Below are positions 1 to 9,761 of a stretch of 64,000 nt of DNA, in pieces (within the stretch, counting starts at the first letter, position 1; each line of letters opens with the position of its first letter). The DNA comes from Pirellulaceae bacterium (lineage in GTDB: Bacteria > Planctomycetota > Planctomycetia > Pirellulales > Pirellulaceae). The translations under genes were made by a program, and so were the position numbers. The notes under the pieces were generated by a model. It was given only the letters and a program-made list of their open reading frames with translations. It made no database searches and was not told where the DNA came from. The stretch covers positions 11,407-75,406 of the forward strand of contig CAVQPV010000035.1 of assembly GCA_963714715.1 (NCBI GenBank), in the 5' to 3' direction.

Positions 1-890
1 CAATGCGGCGTTTCGGCAGATCGTCCGCGAGTATGGCGGTGCCGGCTTGCTGGCGACCGAGATGGTCAACGCCCGCGGTTTTGTCTGGCTGGACGAAAAT
101 GAAGCCGAGCATCCCGATCGATTGTGGGGCGTGGCCGAAGAGGCGCGACCGTTGGCCGTGCAGATTTGGGACAACGACCCCGACACGATGGCGAAAGTCG
201 GCAAGCGGCTGGCCAACGAGTACCAAGTCAGCGTCGTCGACATCAACTTCGGCTGTCCGGTCCGACAAGTCACCCAGAAAGCCCACAGCGGCAGTTACTT
301 GTTGCGAGAGCCGCAGCGGATGTTTCAGATCATCAGCAAACTGGTTCGACGTTTGCAGTCCGACACCGGTGACGGCCAAGATTCGGCTGGGCTGCACACC
401 TGACAATGTCAACTGCAATGAAATCGCACGCGTGGTCGAAGAAGCAGGAGCGGCGGCACTGACGGTTCACGGCCGAACCGCTCAAGATATGTTTCGCGGA
501 AACGCTGATTGGGAAACGATCAGCGAAATCAAATCACACCTGAAAAACATTCCGTTGATCGGCAACGGCGATTTGGATTCGGCGGAAAAGGTCGTGGCGG
601 CGTTCAAACGTTACGACGTTGATGGTGTGATGATTGCCCGGGCCTGTCTCGGCCGGCCCTGGTTGTTCGCGCAGGCGGCGGCGGCGTTGCGTGGGCAACC
701 GATTCCGCCCGATCCGACGCTCCAGCAGCAGCGCGACTGCATGCTGCATCACTACCGGTTGGTGGTCGATCGATTCGGGGCAGAGAAGGGCACTGTGTTG
801 ATGCGCAAGTACGCTTGTTGCTATGCCCAGGGCAAACACGGCGCCCGACACTTTCGTTCGCCACGTCGCCAATGTGGCGACGCCGGATGA
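1..890 (+). pseudogene. dusB: tRNA-dihydrouridine synthase (Dus family, DusB-like); 5'-partial at the window edge and frame-broken near 341-350 as sequenced
   Basis: Frame 2 from nt 2 reads NAAFRQIVREYGGAGLLATEMVNARG...DINFGCPVRQV...GSYLLREPQRMFQIISKLV. The continuation PVTAKIRLGC...LTVHGRTAQDMFRGNADWE...GDLDSAEK...GVMIARACLGRPWLF lies in frame 3 (ORF 3..890). These are typical Dus FMN-barrel motifs. Removing one base in 'ctggttcgacg' restores a single frame. Confidence 0.8.
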
Positions 891-1046
891 GTTTTATCGC
901 GTGGTCGAAGAGTTATTTCCCCACCACTGAACGACGGGCAACCGCGGCTTCTTCGTAGTGCGTATTCGCACGCTCGCGGGCGAACGCTTCTGTCTTTTGA
1001 TGCTCGCCCGGCAGCGTGCGACTCCTGGCATTGGTGGTTGTCATTG

Positions 1047-2328
1047 TCATCGACCAAGCATGTTACGCACGTAGTCCTTCAGTCCTCGCATATCAGGGGG
1101 CGTTTCTCCGGGACCGATGATCAACGGCCCATCATTCGGCTCACCAATCAAGCCATGGCTGCCGCGAACCAGCGTCGCGTCCAGCGGAATCACATCCATT
1201 TTGTAACGAAAACCGAGTTTCTTCTGCGCGACTCGAGCCAACGCCCGTGCCTTGCTCGTGATGAATAGTTCACACGGGTCGTAGCCAGGCTTGCGGTGAA
1301 TATCGACGGTTCTCGCGAAGTCCGGCGCCCGAGCGTCATCGATCCAATAGTAGTACGTGAACCAGGCATCGGAATTCGCCAACGCAATCAGTTCGCCACT
1401 GCGCGGGTGATCAAGTTCCAAGTCCGCCGCATCAACGACTCGCTCGATTCCCGCGACCGACCTGCAGCCTCGCGCGGACGTCTTCGATCATTTCGGGATC
1501 GCGGACGTAGACGTGGGCGACCTGATGATCGGCAACGGCGAAGGCGTCCGATTCACCGGGCAACAGCATTTCGCCGAAGGGACCATCGCGGACGGTCAGC
1601 CAGCCCGACTGCCTGAGAACCCGATTGATGTGGACGGGCCGATCTACCGGTGTCAGACCGTACTCCGAGACGACGATCACCTGCGCAGCAACGTCGCCCG
1701 CCGCGTCGATGATCCGCCCGGCGCACTCGTCGACTTCTTGCACGCGACCGGGATCGTGATCGGAAAAACGTTGGAAGTCGTAGTCCAAGTGAGGCAAGTA
1801 GGCCAGCGTCAGTTGCGGTTTCTTTTCTCGCAGCACGACCGCGGTCGCGTCGGCAATCCACTGCGAACAGGCCAGTCCCGCACCGGGACCCCAGAAGGTG
1901 AAGAAGGGGAAAGGCCCGAGTCGTCGCGTCAGATCGCATTGGGTCTGGTCGATGATGTCGAAGACTTTCGAGCCGTCGCAGCCGTAATGCGGTTTTGGCG
2001 TCGCGCTGTAGCGAACGCCCGCAGACTGGTTGAACCACCAGAACATTTTGGCGGTTTCGATACCCTCGTAAAGCTTTTCACCTTCGATCAGCGAATTCGC
2101 TTGCTGCCAGAAGCGAATTTCTTGCGTGTCGCGATAGTACCAGCCGTTGCCAACGATACCGTGGTCGCGTGGTGGAAGTCCCGTCAGCATCGTTGCCTGA
2201 GATGTGCAGGTCACCGCGGGGATCGGGCTCTGCCATGGTTGGGCCCGGCCCAGCGCAGCAAGCCTGGGTGCATGCTGCAGCAGACTGGGCGTCAATCCGA
2301 CAACATTGATGATGCAGACTCGATTCAA
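1047..2328 (-). pseudogene. Alkaline-phosphatase-superfamily nucleotide pyrophosphatase/phosphodiesterase; frame-broken near 1452-1460
   Basis: ORF 1432..2328 reads MNRVCIINVVGLTP...AVTCTSQATMLTGLPPRDHGIVGNGWY (metal/nucleophile region of type I phosphodiesterases). The C-terminal part ([28 protein letters not shown]...SHGLIG) is in another frame (ORF 1047..1421). The junction lies at minus-strand 'caggtcggtcgcggg'. Confidence 0.7.
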
Positions 2329-2492
2329 TCGTCAAAGCCTCAATCGTCGTCGCCGACCGGCGGTAGCGTGAAGACTTTGTACAAGCAGAATGACAGCAGG
2401 CAGACCACGGAGCCTACCGAAGCAATCATGACGATCCAGCCACCTGGTTCCATTCGTTGTTTCTCCCTGAAGTCACGGTATGTGTCAAATGA

Positions 2493-4137
2493 TCAAGCGT
2501 CGTCCTCGAACCCCTCAAGACGTCCTTGCTCAATCCAGCGGTTCCCCGCGATATGAATCAAAAGCAGCAAGAAACAGGTGGTGCCGATGATGAAGATCAA
2601 CGACATCAGAGCGACGCCGCTGTCGTTCTCGAAGTCGTTGAAGATTTTTTCGGCATAGCCAGGCGTGCGTTCCCCCGTTTCCGGATCGGTGTGGCTAAGC
2701 ACGTTCATCCAGACGAAGGCCACAAAGATCACGACCAGGTAGACGGGCACAACATACTTGAGCAGTAGTTGAACGAGATGGGGGACACGAATGTGCGCGC
2801 CGACATGGACTTCTTTTTCGCCACGCTCGATCCCAAACACCCAGCCGTAGATGACCGCTTGGATCATCGCCAGCACAAAGATCAAGAACGTGCCGACCCA
2901 GAAATCCATCGTGTCCAAAGCCTTGAGGTCTTTGGAGAAGTAGACGACAAAGCAGCAGCCCATCAGCGCGATGATTCCCAGCAGCGAAGCGGACGCATGG
3001 CGCCGCAGTCCAAAGCCCTCTTCGAGGAATGCGATCACCGGCTGGAGCATCGACAGGCTGCTGGTGATGGCAGCCAAAAACAGCATGAAGAACCACAAAA
3101 ACCCGAAAAACTGTCCAGCCGGCATCTGGGCAAACACATTCGGCAATGCATTAAATCCCAGCCCAAACGTACCGAATGTCCCAGCCGCTGCCCCCAAAAA
3201 GATGAACGCTGCCGGCAGTGTGATCAAACCACCCAGGCAGACTTCAAAGAACTCGTTCATGCTTGAGGCGGTCAGGCCACTGAGTGCCAGGTCGTCATCC
3301 TTCTTCAGGTAACTGGCGTAGTTGATGATGATGCCGAAGCCGACCGAGAGACTGAAGAAGATCTGGCCGGATGCGGCGAGCCATGTTTTCGGGTCGGCGA
3401 GTGCATCCATTCTTGGATTCCACATGAATCCGAGACCGGCGAGCACTTGATCGCTTGGCAGTGTCAGGACGCGGACCAGCACACACACCGCGCAGACGAC
3501 CATCAGCGGTATGGCAAATTGACAGAACGTCTCGATTCCTCTGGAGACGCCGCGATAAATCAAGATGAAGTTCAGGACAAAGGTGATGCCGATGAAGACC
3601 AACAAACCGCGGCCGTTGGCAAACACCCAGCCATTGGACTGCGTGCCGACGAAATCGTTGAAGAACTTGGAGTAAGCACCGGCATCGTCACCTTTCATCA
3701 AACTGCCGGTCAAATAGTGATAGGCGTATCCCAAGCACCAAGCCTCGATGACCACGTAGTACATGTAGATGACCAGTGGAATCAGCATCGCGAAGACGCT
3801 CAGGTAGCGCGCCATTCGGCGTTCGGCAAATGACACAAAACACACCCGGCGCGGAGTTAAAGCCGCGTTGCCCGGCGTACCTGCCCATCGTCCATTCCGC
3901 CCAGCAAAGAGGAATTCCCAGGATCAGCAGGGAGATGAAGTAAGGCAGCAGGAAGGCGCCGCCGCCGTTTTGCGCTGCCTGACCGGGGAATCGCAAAAAA
4001 TTTCCCAGGCCCACGGCCGAACCGGCGACCGCCAAGATCACGCCGATTCGCGTGCCCCACTGTTCCTTGCTGCCATGGCCGTGACCGTGCGAGTGTGCTG
4101 GTTCAGAGCGGCTGGTTTCGGTCGCGTCACCCGGCAT
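2493..4137 (-). pseudogene. Sodium-dependent transporter, neurotransmitter:sodium symporter (SNF/NSS) family; frame-broken near 3840-3850
   Basis: The N-terminal ORF 3688..4137 contains [61 protein letters not shown], the NSS TM1/TM2 signature. The remaining ~10 TM helices are in ORF 2493..3845. Confidence 0.85.
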
Positions 4138-4403
4138 GGAGGAGGTCCTTCACTTGGAAACGATTGGTGGGCCGATGAATCCTGGGGCACAGTCTAACGT
4201 GACGTCACAAGGCGGTGAGATCGACGCCGGGAGGATTCGCGCTCTGGCCGGAAAAAACGAGAATATCCTCTTCGCGGCCGTTCAGCGGTGATGTGACTGT
4301 CGCCGAATTCCCTTAGTGCCGAGATCCAGCACGCGGGGGAAACAATCCGAATCGCGTCTGGCCGTGATCAGAGCGTGGGCCGAAAGAGCAGCCAGCAAGA
4401 AAG

Positions 4404-4476
4404 TGGTCAGGGGCGGGCTCGAACCGCCGACACCGGCCTTTTCAGGGCCGTGCTCTACCAACTGAGCTACCTGACC
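4404..4476 (-). tRNA. tRNA-Phe (anticodon GAA)
   Basis: The reverse complement folds as a 73-nt cloverleaf: acceptor GGTCAGG/CCTGACC, D-arm GCTC-AGTTGGTA-GAGC, anticodon stem CGGCC/GGCCG with loop CTGAAAA (GAA), T-arm GGCGG-TTCGAGC-CCGCC, discriminator A. No CCA is encoded. Confidence 0.93.
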
Positions 4477-4633
4477 AAATTCGCATCGCCCCAACAATTG
4501 CGGTGAGCACTGATAAAACTAGCAAAAGCACGTGCGGGGATCAATTCGACGGGCGGCGATCCTAGGGTATGATGCTTAAATCCGTCAATCGGTTCGGTTT
4601 CCGACCCGACGACCGGTTCTATCACAACCAAAA

Positions 4634-6304
4634 GTGAGATCCATGATGACGTTTGATTGCAATCGTGGGGTCCATGGCCCAAGCCGTATCGCGATGCCGC
4701 TGATTCTCCTTGCCGGATTATCAGTGATGATGAGCAATCGGGCCTGGAGCTACACACCGGAAGACCCAATCGTCCAATCCATGATCAATCGCGGCTTGGC
4801 TTACCTGGAAAAAGTCGAGTGGGATAAGTTCGGTTTGCATCGGGAAGGCCAGGTAATCATGGTGGCCTACGCCCACTTCAAGGTCAAACACAACCCCAAT
4901 CATCCGCTTGTTCAGGAAGGGATCGCTGAAGCAAAGAAATTTGTCAAAATGGCGACGTCCGATCAACCTAACAAGCACTTCAACTACGAAGCGGCGGTGT
5001 CGGTATTGTTGTTGGCCTCGGTGGACCCCAAAGCCTATGACGCGGACTTGAGGGTGCTGCAGCAATTCCTGTTCAGTGAACAGCGTGCCAACGGCCCCTG
5101 GACGTATCGCAGACAAGAGCAGGGTGATGTATCTCAAACGCAATATGCCTTGCTAGCGATTTGGACACTGGATCGGGTTGGTTTTCCGCTGGACTATCGC
5201 AAGGTTGCAGCCGCTGCTCAGTGGCTGCTACGCGTTCAGGACCCCTCGGGTGCTTGGCCGTATCGGGGCACCGATCCCGGACGTGGCGGGCTTGTACCTC
5301 AAGAAAAGCCCACATACTCCATGGCATTGGCCGGTGGCAGTAGCGTGTTGATCGCCGGCGATGCACTTCGACTTTGGGGCGATATTGGTGAAAACGACAC
5401 CGGGATCGCTGGTTTGCCGAAAGCAGTCAAGGTCTATCGGGGAGACGAGAACGTGGAGCGACGCAATCGGGCGACGATCTCTTCAGCACCGATTCTCGCC
5501 GCTTGTGAGCGAATGGAGAAATGGCGAGCGAGTACGCCCTACAAGCGTATGCCAAACCATCATTTCTACTATCAGATGTACACCCTGGAACGTTACGAAA
5601 GCTTCATCGAGATCGCCTACGGTGATCCTGAGGACAAGAGCCCGGCCTGGTACAACAAGGGGGTGGATGAGCTGCGCAGGGCCCAAAGTGCCGATGGTGG
5701 CTGGACCGAAAAAGATGAATCGCAGCCGCCGGTGAACACCGCGTTCGCAATTCTGTTTCTGATTCGCAGCACGCAGATAGCGATCGCGACGATGGGCGAA
5801 GGGACGGCTCGTGGCGGCAAGGGCTTCGGGAAAGACGTTCGCAATGCGAAGTTGGTCGGTGGCAGCGTGAAGACGGAGCCGATTGCCACCGCCGTGACCG
5901 ATTTACTGAAAATCTTGGAAGAGGACGACGCCGACAGTCTGGCTGATAAGTCGCTACCGGATGATTTGCAGCTGGCCGAAGGGGGTGCAGAGAGAGCGGC
6001 GCAGCTTGATCGCTTCGAGCGTCTGGTGCGCGGCAGTAAATCGTGGCAGGCCCGCCGCGTGGCCGCCCGTTTGTTGGGCAAGAGTGACGAGATGCGAGTC
6101 GTCCCGGCATTGATTTATGCGCTCAGTGACCCCGATGAATCCGTCAAACGCTTCGCCCGCGACGGGTTACGTTTCATCAGTCGAAAGTTCGAGGGCTACG
6201 CAATGCCCGACAAACCGAGCCCGGCTCAGATTCACGAAGCCCAAAAGAATTGGCGGGCTTGGTACCTGAGCGTGCGTCCTGGCTACGTGTTTTTGGACCA
6301 GTGA
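4634..6304 (+). CDS. Secreted alpha/alpha-toroid (prenyltransferase/squalene-oxidase-type repeat) protein with C-terminal HEAT-like repeat
   Basis: Intact 556-aa ORF (GTG 4634; alternative ATG 4643 or 4694, the last giving the signal-like MPLILLAGLSVMMSNRAWS). Repeats of the QxxxGxW type are present (EQRANGPWTY, VQDPSGAWPY, AQSADGGWTE). The C-terminus VVPALIYALSDPDESVKRFARDGLRFI is HEAT-like. Confidence 0.55.
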   Translation: MRSMMTFDCNRGVHGPSRIAMPLILLAGLSVMMSNRAWSYTPEDPIVQSMINRGLAYLEKVEWDKFGLHREGQVIMVAYAHFKVKHNPNHPLVQEGIAEAKKFVKMATSDQPNKHFNYEAAVSVLLLASVDPKAYDADLRVLQQFLFSEQRANGPWTYRRQEQGDVSQTQYALLAIWTLDRVGFPLDYRKVAAAAQWLLRVQDPSGAWPYRGTDPGRGGLVPQEKPTYSMALAGGSSVLIAGDALRLWGDIGENDTGIAGLPKAVKVYRGDENVERRNRATISSAPILAACERMEKWRASTPYKRMPNHHFYYQMYTLERYESFIEIAYGDPEDKSPAWYNKGVDELRRAQSADGGWTEKDESQPPVNTAFAILFLIRSTQIAIATMGEGTARGGKGFGKDVRNAKLVGGSVKTEPIATAVTDLLKILEEDDADSLADKSLPDDLQLAEGGAERAAQLDRFERLVRGSKSWQARRVAARLLGKSDEMRVVPALIYALSDPDESVKRFARDGLRFISRKFEGYAMPDKPSPAQIHEAQKNWRAWYLSVRPGYVFLDQ

Positions 6305-6391
6305 CCGCGCGGCGGGTGCCTTGACCACCTGCCTTGGCCCTGGCAAGCGTGTAAACTTGCAAGCAGGAAAAAGTGCGAGCAGGTAAACTGA

Positions 6392-6424
6392 CGGAAGAGC
6401 AATTGCCCGGAAGAGCAATTGGCC
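6392..6424. promoter_or_regulatory. Tandem direct repeat (cggaagagcaattgcc / cggaagagcaattggcc), each with a CAATTG core, 56-88 bp upstream of the first gene of the exbBD cluster
   Basis: Read directly from the sequence. Two adjacent 16/17-nt units differ by one inserted g. No function has been demonstrated. Confidence 0.3.
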
Positions 6425-6479
6425 GGCAAGTAGACTTGTTGTTGTTTAGCGACGCCTGATCTTATCCTTCGGAAACCCC

Positions 6480-7418
6480 ATGGCTTCGGTCATCCCAGCA
6501 GAAAGTGAATCTTCGGTCGACGTTGTCGTCCATGATGAACTGCGCGATAAACGCGAACAAGAACGCAATATGATGCGGATCAGCCGATTCGACATCATCA
6601 CTTCGCTGTTCATGGCTTTGATCTTGTTCATCGGAACATTTGTGCTGATGTTGTTCATCGTTTGGGTGTTGAGCGGCAAACCCAAACCGAGGCCGCTGGC
6701 ACCGATGATCGAGAATCCCGCCGGTCGGGGCGATAATGCCGAGGGCTTCGAACGCGACTTTGAACCACCCGGTGCCGAAGAAGTCGAAGAGCTACAGGAG
6801 CCGACGTTAGCGGACACCATCGAAGCGGTCACCGACGCGGTCAGCACCGTTGCCGCATCGCTGACAACGGCTGATACCAGCGCAGCGGCGACCACCAGCG
6901 GAACGGGAAAAGGCGACAGTCGTCCTCCGGGGCCAGAGGGTGAAGGTGAGGACATTATCCCGCGTTGGGAGCGTTGGGAGTTGAACTTCAAAGCGAGCAA
7001 TCAACGCGCCTACGGCCAACAATTGGACTTCTACAAGATTGAATTGGGTGCCTTTGGGGGCGGTTTACCAGGATTGGATTATGCATCCAATCTAGCGGCT
7101 GCTCCCAAGAAAGCTCACACCGATACGCCGGACGCGGAGAAGCGAATCTATTTCTCCTGGAAGACCGCGACTCCCTTCATCGCGTATGAGCGTACGTTTT
7201 TACAGCGGGCGGGGGTCCAGCTTCCTGCTGGCCGAAATGTGGTGAGGTTGATTCCTCCGGACCTTGAGAACCAGCTGGCTCATCTCGAGATGGAGTACGC
7301 CAAGAGCAAGGGCTACCAGTCGGTGACCCAGCTCGCCAAAACCGTTTTCGAGAGCAAATCGTCCGGGAGCGGGTATTCGTTCGAGGTCACCAGTCAGCGT
7401 TACCGAAAGGGCAAGTAA
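6480..7418 (+). CDS. Hypothetical single-pass membrane protein, paralog A (short N-terminus, TM, low-complexity linker, conserved ~170-aa C-terminal domain)
   Basis: Intact ORF. The TM is ITSLFMALILFIGTFVLMLFIVWVLSG, followed by a P/E/A/T-rich linker. The C-terminal domain RWELNFKASNQRAYGQQLDFYKIELGAFGGGLPGLDYAS...RIYFSW...EMEYAKSKG...QRYRKGK is clearly homologous to the next gene. Confidence 0.7.
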   Translation: MASVIPAESESSVDVVVHDELRDKREQERNMMRISRFDIITSLFMALILFIGTFVLMLFIVWVLSGKPKPRPLAPMIENPAGRGDNAEGFERDFEPPGAEEVEELQEPTLADTIEAVTDAVSTVAASLTTADTSAAATTSGTGKGDSRPPGPEGEGEDIIPRWERWELNFKASNQRAYGQQLDFYKIELGAFGGGLPGLDYASNLAAAPKKAHTDTPDAEKRIYFSWKTATPFIAYERTFLQRAGVQLPAGRNVVRLIPPDLENQLAHLEMEYAKSKGYQSVTQLAKTVFESKSSGSGYSFEVTSQRYRKGK

Positions 7419-7421
7419 ACG

Positions 7422-8420
7422 ATGCGTTCGCGATTGGCGCGGATGATCGCCATTCTTAACGAGCAGTTCATACTTTGTCTTGAGGATGGGATCATGACGC
7501 CAGTCATTCGCTATGAAGAACGATACGGTCAGGGACTGGGGGCGAGAGCCTCACCCGATCGATTCGTGATGCGTCCCAGCGGTTTTGATTTGGTCAGTTC
7601 GTTTCTGTTGGCCGCCATGGTCATGCTTGGCAGCTTGGTGTTGATGCTGCTGACGATTTGGGTCTTGTCTGGAAATGATCCGGGATTTTCTGGTCGTGTC
7701 CCCCCAGCGATGATGGCGTCCAGTAGTGCGTCTGCTGGCCTACAGGAAGACTTCGACGTGCCTGCGGCCGCGGAAGTGACCGATCTGGTATCGCCGACTT
7801 TGGCGAATCTTGTCGCGGAGGTCGAATCGGCCAGCCAGCAAGTGGCGTCCGGGATTCGGTCAGGAATCGTTGTCAGCCGCGAACGCGGTGACGGATTGAT
7901 GCCGGGACCCGAGGAGCAGGGGCAGGGCATGGTGCCGGAAAGCCAACGCTGGGAGCTGACTTTTTTGGCCTCCAGTCAGCAGGTGTACGCCCGGCAACTG
8001 GACTTTCACGGCATTGAAATTGGTGCTCTTGGTGGCGGCTTCTCGGGCATCGACTACGCTTCGCATTTGGCTACCGGGCCGACGGCTCGGCATACGGAGG
8101 ATGCCAGGGCCGAGCAGCGGCTTTACTTCTCGTGGGTCCGGCCCAGTCCCCTGGCTAGTCACGAGCGGCAGTTACTAACGCGTGCGGGAATCGCCACTGC
8201 AGGCCGACAAATCCTGAAATTTGTTCCCCGCGAGCTGGAAATCCGTCTCGCCCAGATTGAACTTGAATATGCTCAGACGCAGGGCGTTTCCTCACCCGAG
8301 GCGATTGCTAGAACTGTTTTCCGCAGCGAGGGCGATGGGGCCGAGTGTCGGTTCGTTGTGGTCAACCAAAGGTACAAACGCGGCTCGTCGTCGGTGGTCA
8401 TCGGGGCGTCAAATAACTAA
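7422..8420 (+). CDS. Hypothetical single-pass membrane protein, paralog B of 6480..7418
   Basis: Starts 4 nt after the stop of paralog A (alternative start ATG 7494). The TM is LVSSFLLAAMVMLGSLVLMLLTIWVLSG. The C-terminal domain RWELTFLASSQQVYARQLDFHGIEIGALGGGFSGIDYAS...RLYFSW...ELEYAQTQG...QRYKRG aligns with paralog A along its length. Confidence 0.7.
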   Translation: MRSRLARMIAILNEQFILCLEDGIMTPVIRYEERYGQGLGARASPDRFVMRPSGFDLVSSFLLAAMVMLGSLVLMLLTIWVLSGNDPGFSGRVPPAMMASSSASAGLQEDFDVPAAAEVTDLVSPTLANLVAEVESASQQVASGIRSGIVVSRERGDGLMPGPEEQGQGMVPESQRWELTFLASSQQVYARQLDFHGIEIGALGGGFSGIDYASHLATGPTARHTEDARAEQRLYFSWVRPSPLASHERQLLTRAGIATAGRQILKFVPRELEIRLAQIELEYAQTQGVSSPEAIARTVFRSEGDGAECRFVVVNQRYKRGSSSVVIGASNN

Positions 8421-8548
8421 CTTGTCACAGATCAGCTGGTGTGATTCGAGCCCCAGAGCGACCTGGCTTGGTAAATTAGCCGGACGTCGTGGCGCCAACA
8501 CCCTGTATTCACTCAGATTCCTCGTTCGATTTAAGCACTGAAAATTAG

Positions 8549-9245
8549 ATGTTTCTAGCGGAAATGTCATTGTTCGACATCATCGCCAATGCGACCTACT
8601 TCGCCCTCGCGGCGGTAGCACTTTGGGGGTTGTACTGCATCGTGGTCGTTTGGACGCGGGTGGCACAAAAACGATTCAAAAACGAGGCGGAACAGGACGC
8701 CTTTTTGGATGACGTCGAACAGATGTTGAACGCTGGTGATTTTGACGGCGTGTTGGAATACTGCGATGGTGACCCTCGCTGCGATTCCGCAAATGATTGA
8801 GTTGGCCGTCGACGCATCGTGAGCTCGGATACAAGCGCAGCCCGTCAGGTCATGATGGACCGCTACCAGCGTGACGTGATGTCGGATCTGGAGTACCGAC
8901 TCAGTTGGGTTGGCACGGTGATCAAGAGCGCTCCGATGATCGGTCTGTTTGGAACGGTGTTCGGAATGATGGGGGCATTCCAAACACTTGCCACGGCCGA
9001 AACGGTCGAACCGGCCGCTCTTGGCCGGTGACATTCAGCTCGCGCTGATCACGACGGCCAGTGGTTTGGCGATTGCCATCCCGCTGATGATCTTGGTCGC
9101 CAATGTCAACATCCGGATCGCCAAGATGGAAGATCTGGTCGGCGCTGGAATGACACGCTTCCTCGAGGTCTTCAAGAACGGGGATGGCAAACAACGGCGG
9201 CGGACAGCGGCACCAACGGAATCGGCGTCGATGATGGCAATGTAG
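8549..9245 (+). pseudogene. exbB: MotA/TolQ/ExbB-family proton channel; frame-broken (about 3 junctions) as sequenced
   Basis: The gene is in three pieces: 8549..8800 (TM FALAAVALWGLYCIVVVW), 8819..9031 (SAPMIGLFGTVFGMMGAFQ, the ExbB/TolQ signature) and 8988..9245 (LAGDIQLALITTASGLAIAIPLMILVANV). The first two are in the same frame, separated by TGA 8798-8800. Across 8775-8815 another frame reads AAIPQMIELAVDAS. The last junction is near 9022. Confidence 0.85.
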
Positions 9246-9309
9246 GGGCCAACCGAACTTATTGCTAGGAACCACGAGATCCACTCGAAAGACGAACCGA
9301 TGGACGACG

Positions 9310-9761
9310 ATGACGAGACTGCTGTTGCCGCGACGAAAACGTGATGAAGACGAGATGGACATCACGCCGATGATCGACATCACGTTTCTGCTGCTCATCT
9401 TTTTCGTCGTCTGTTCCAAAATGGACCCGACGCAGACCGGCATGATTCCCGATGCCGACAATGGAGTCGCGGTATCGGCCAAAGACTCGGCGGTGATTTT
9501 TATCGAGCCGGCCGGCAAGGACAAAGTGAAGCTGACACGCTTGGATGGATCGGAATTCAGCACCGACGAAGCGATTCAGTCGTCGGAGATCGTGGAGTAC
9601 ATCAGCAAAGAACTTGAAAAGTCAATCAACCGTAACAAGAACCAGGTCATGATCATGGGGGCAGCCGAGGTCAAGGTAGGCGAGGTCACGCGGTTCAAAA
9701 AATCATCGGCGACGCGTTCGAGGATATCGAGTCCACGTACATCGCGGTGAAGGAGGAATAG
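9310..9761 (+). pseudogene. exbD: ExbD/TolR-family biopolymer transport protein; frame-broken near 9690
   Basis: MTRLLLPRRKRDEDEMDITPMIDITFLLLIFF is the ExbD/TolR N-terminal TM signature. After ~9690 a plausible C-terminus VQKIIGDAFEDIESTYIAVKEE runs in another frame to TAG 9759-9761. The as-sequenced frame stops at 9750. The track start TTG 9262 is less likely than ATG 9310. Confidence 0.8.

Noticed and set aside
1513-2556. 347-aa plus-strand ORF
   Set aside because: It is antisense to the well-supported phosphodiesterase gene and extends across the spacer. Its Arg/Gly/Pro-rich composition is typical of GC-rich off-frame translation, and it has no recognisable motif.
4138-4634. tRNA-Phe as an integration hotspot or genomic-island border
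   Set aside because: There is no integrase, no partial duplicate of the tRNA 3' end and no compositional shift that I can see on either side. The flanking genes are ordinary chromosomal genes.
8798-8800. In-frame TGA in exbB as selenocysteine or programmed readthrough
   Set aside because: The surrounding in-frame peptide is implausible, while a shifted frame reads membrane-protein-like sequence. I saw no SECIS-like hairpin. The window is full of other indel-type breaks.
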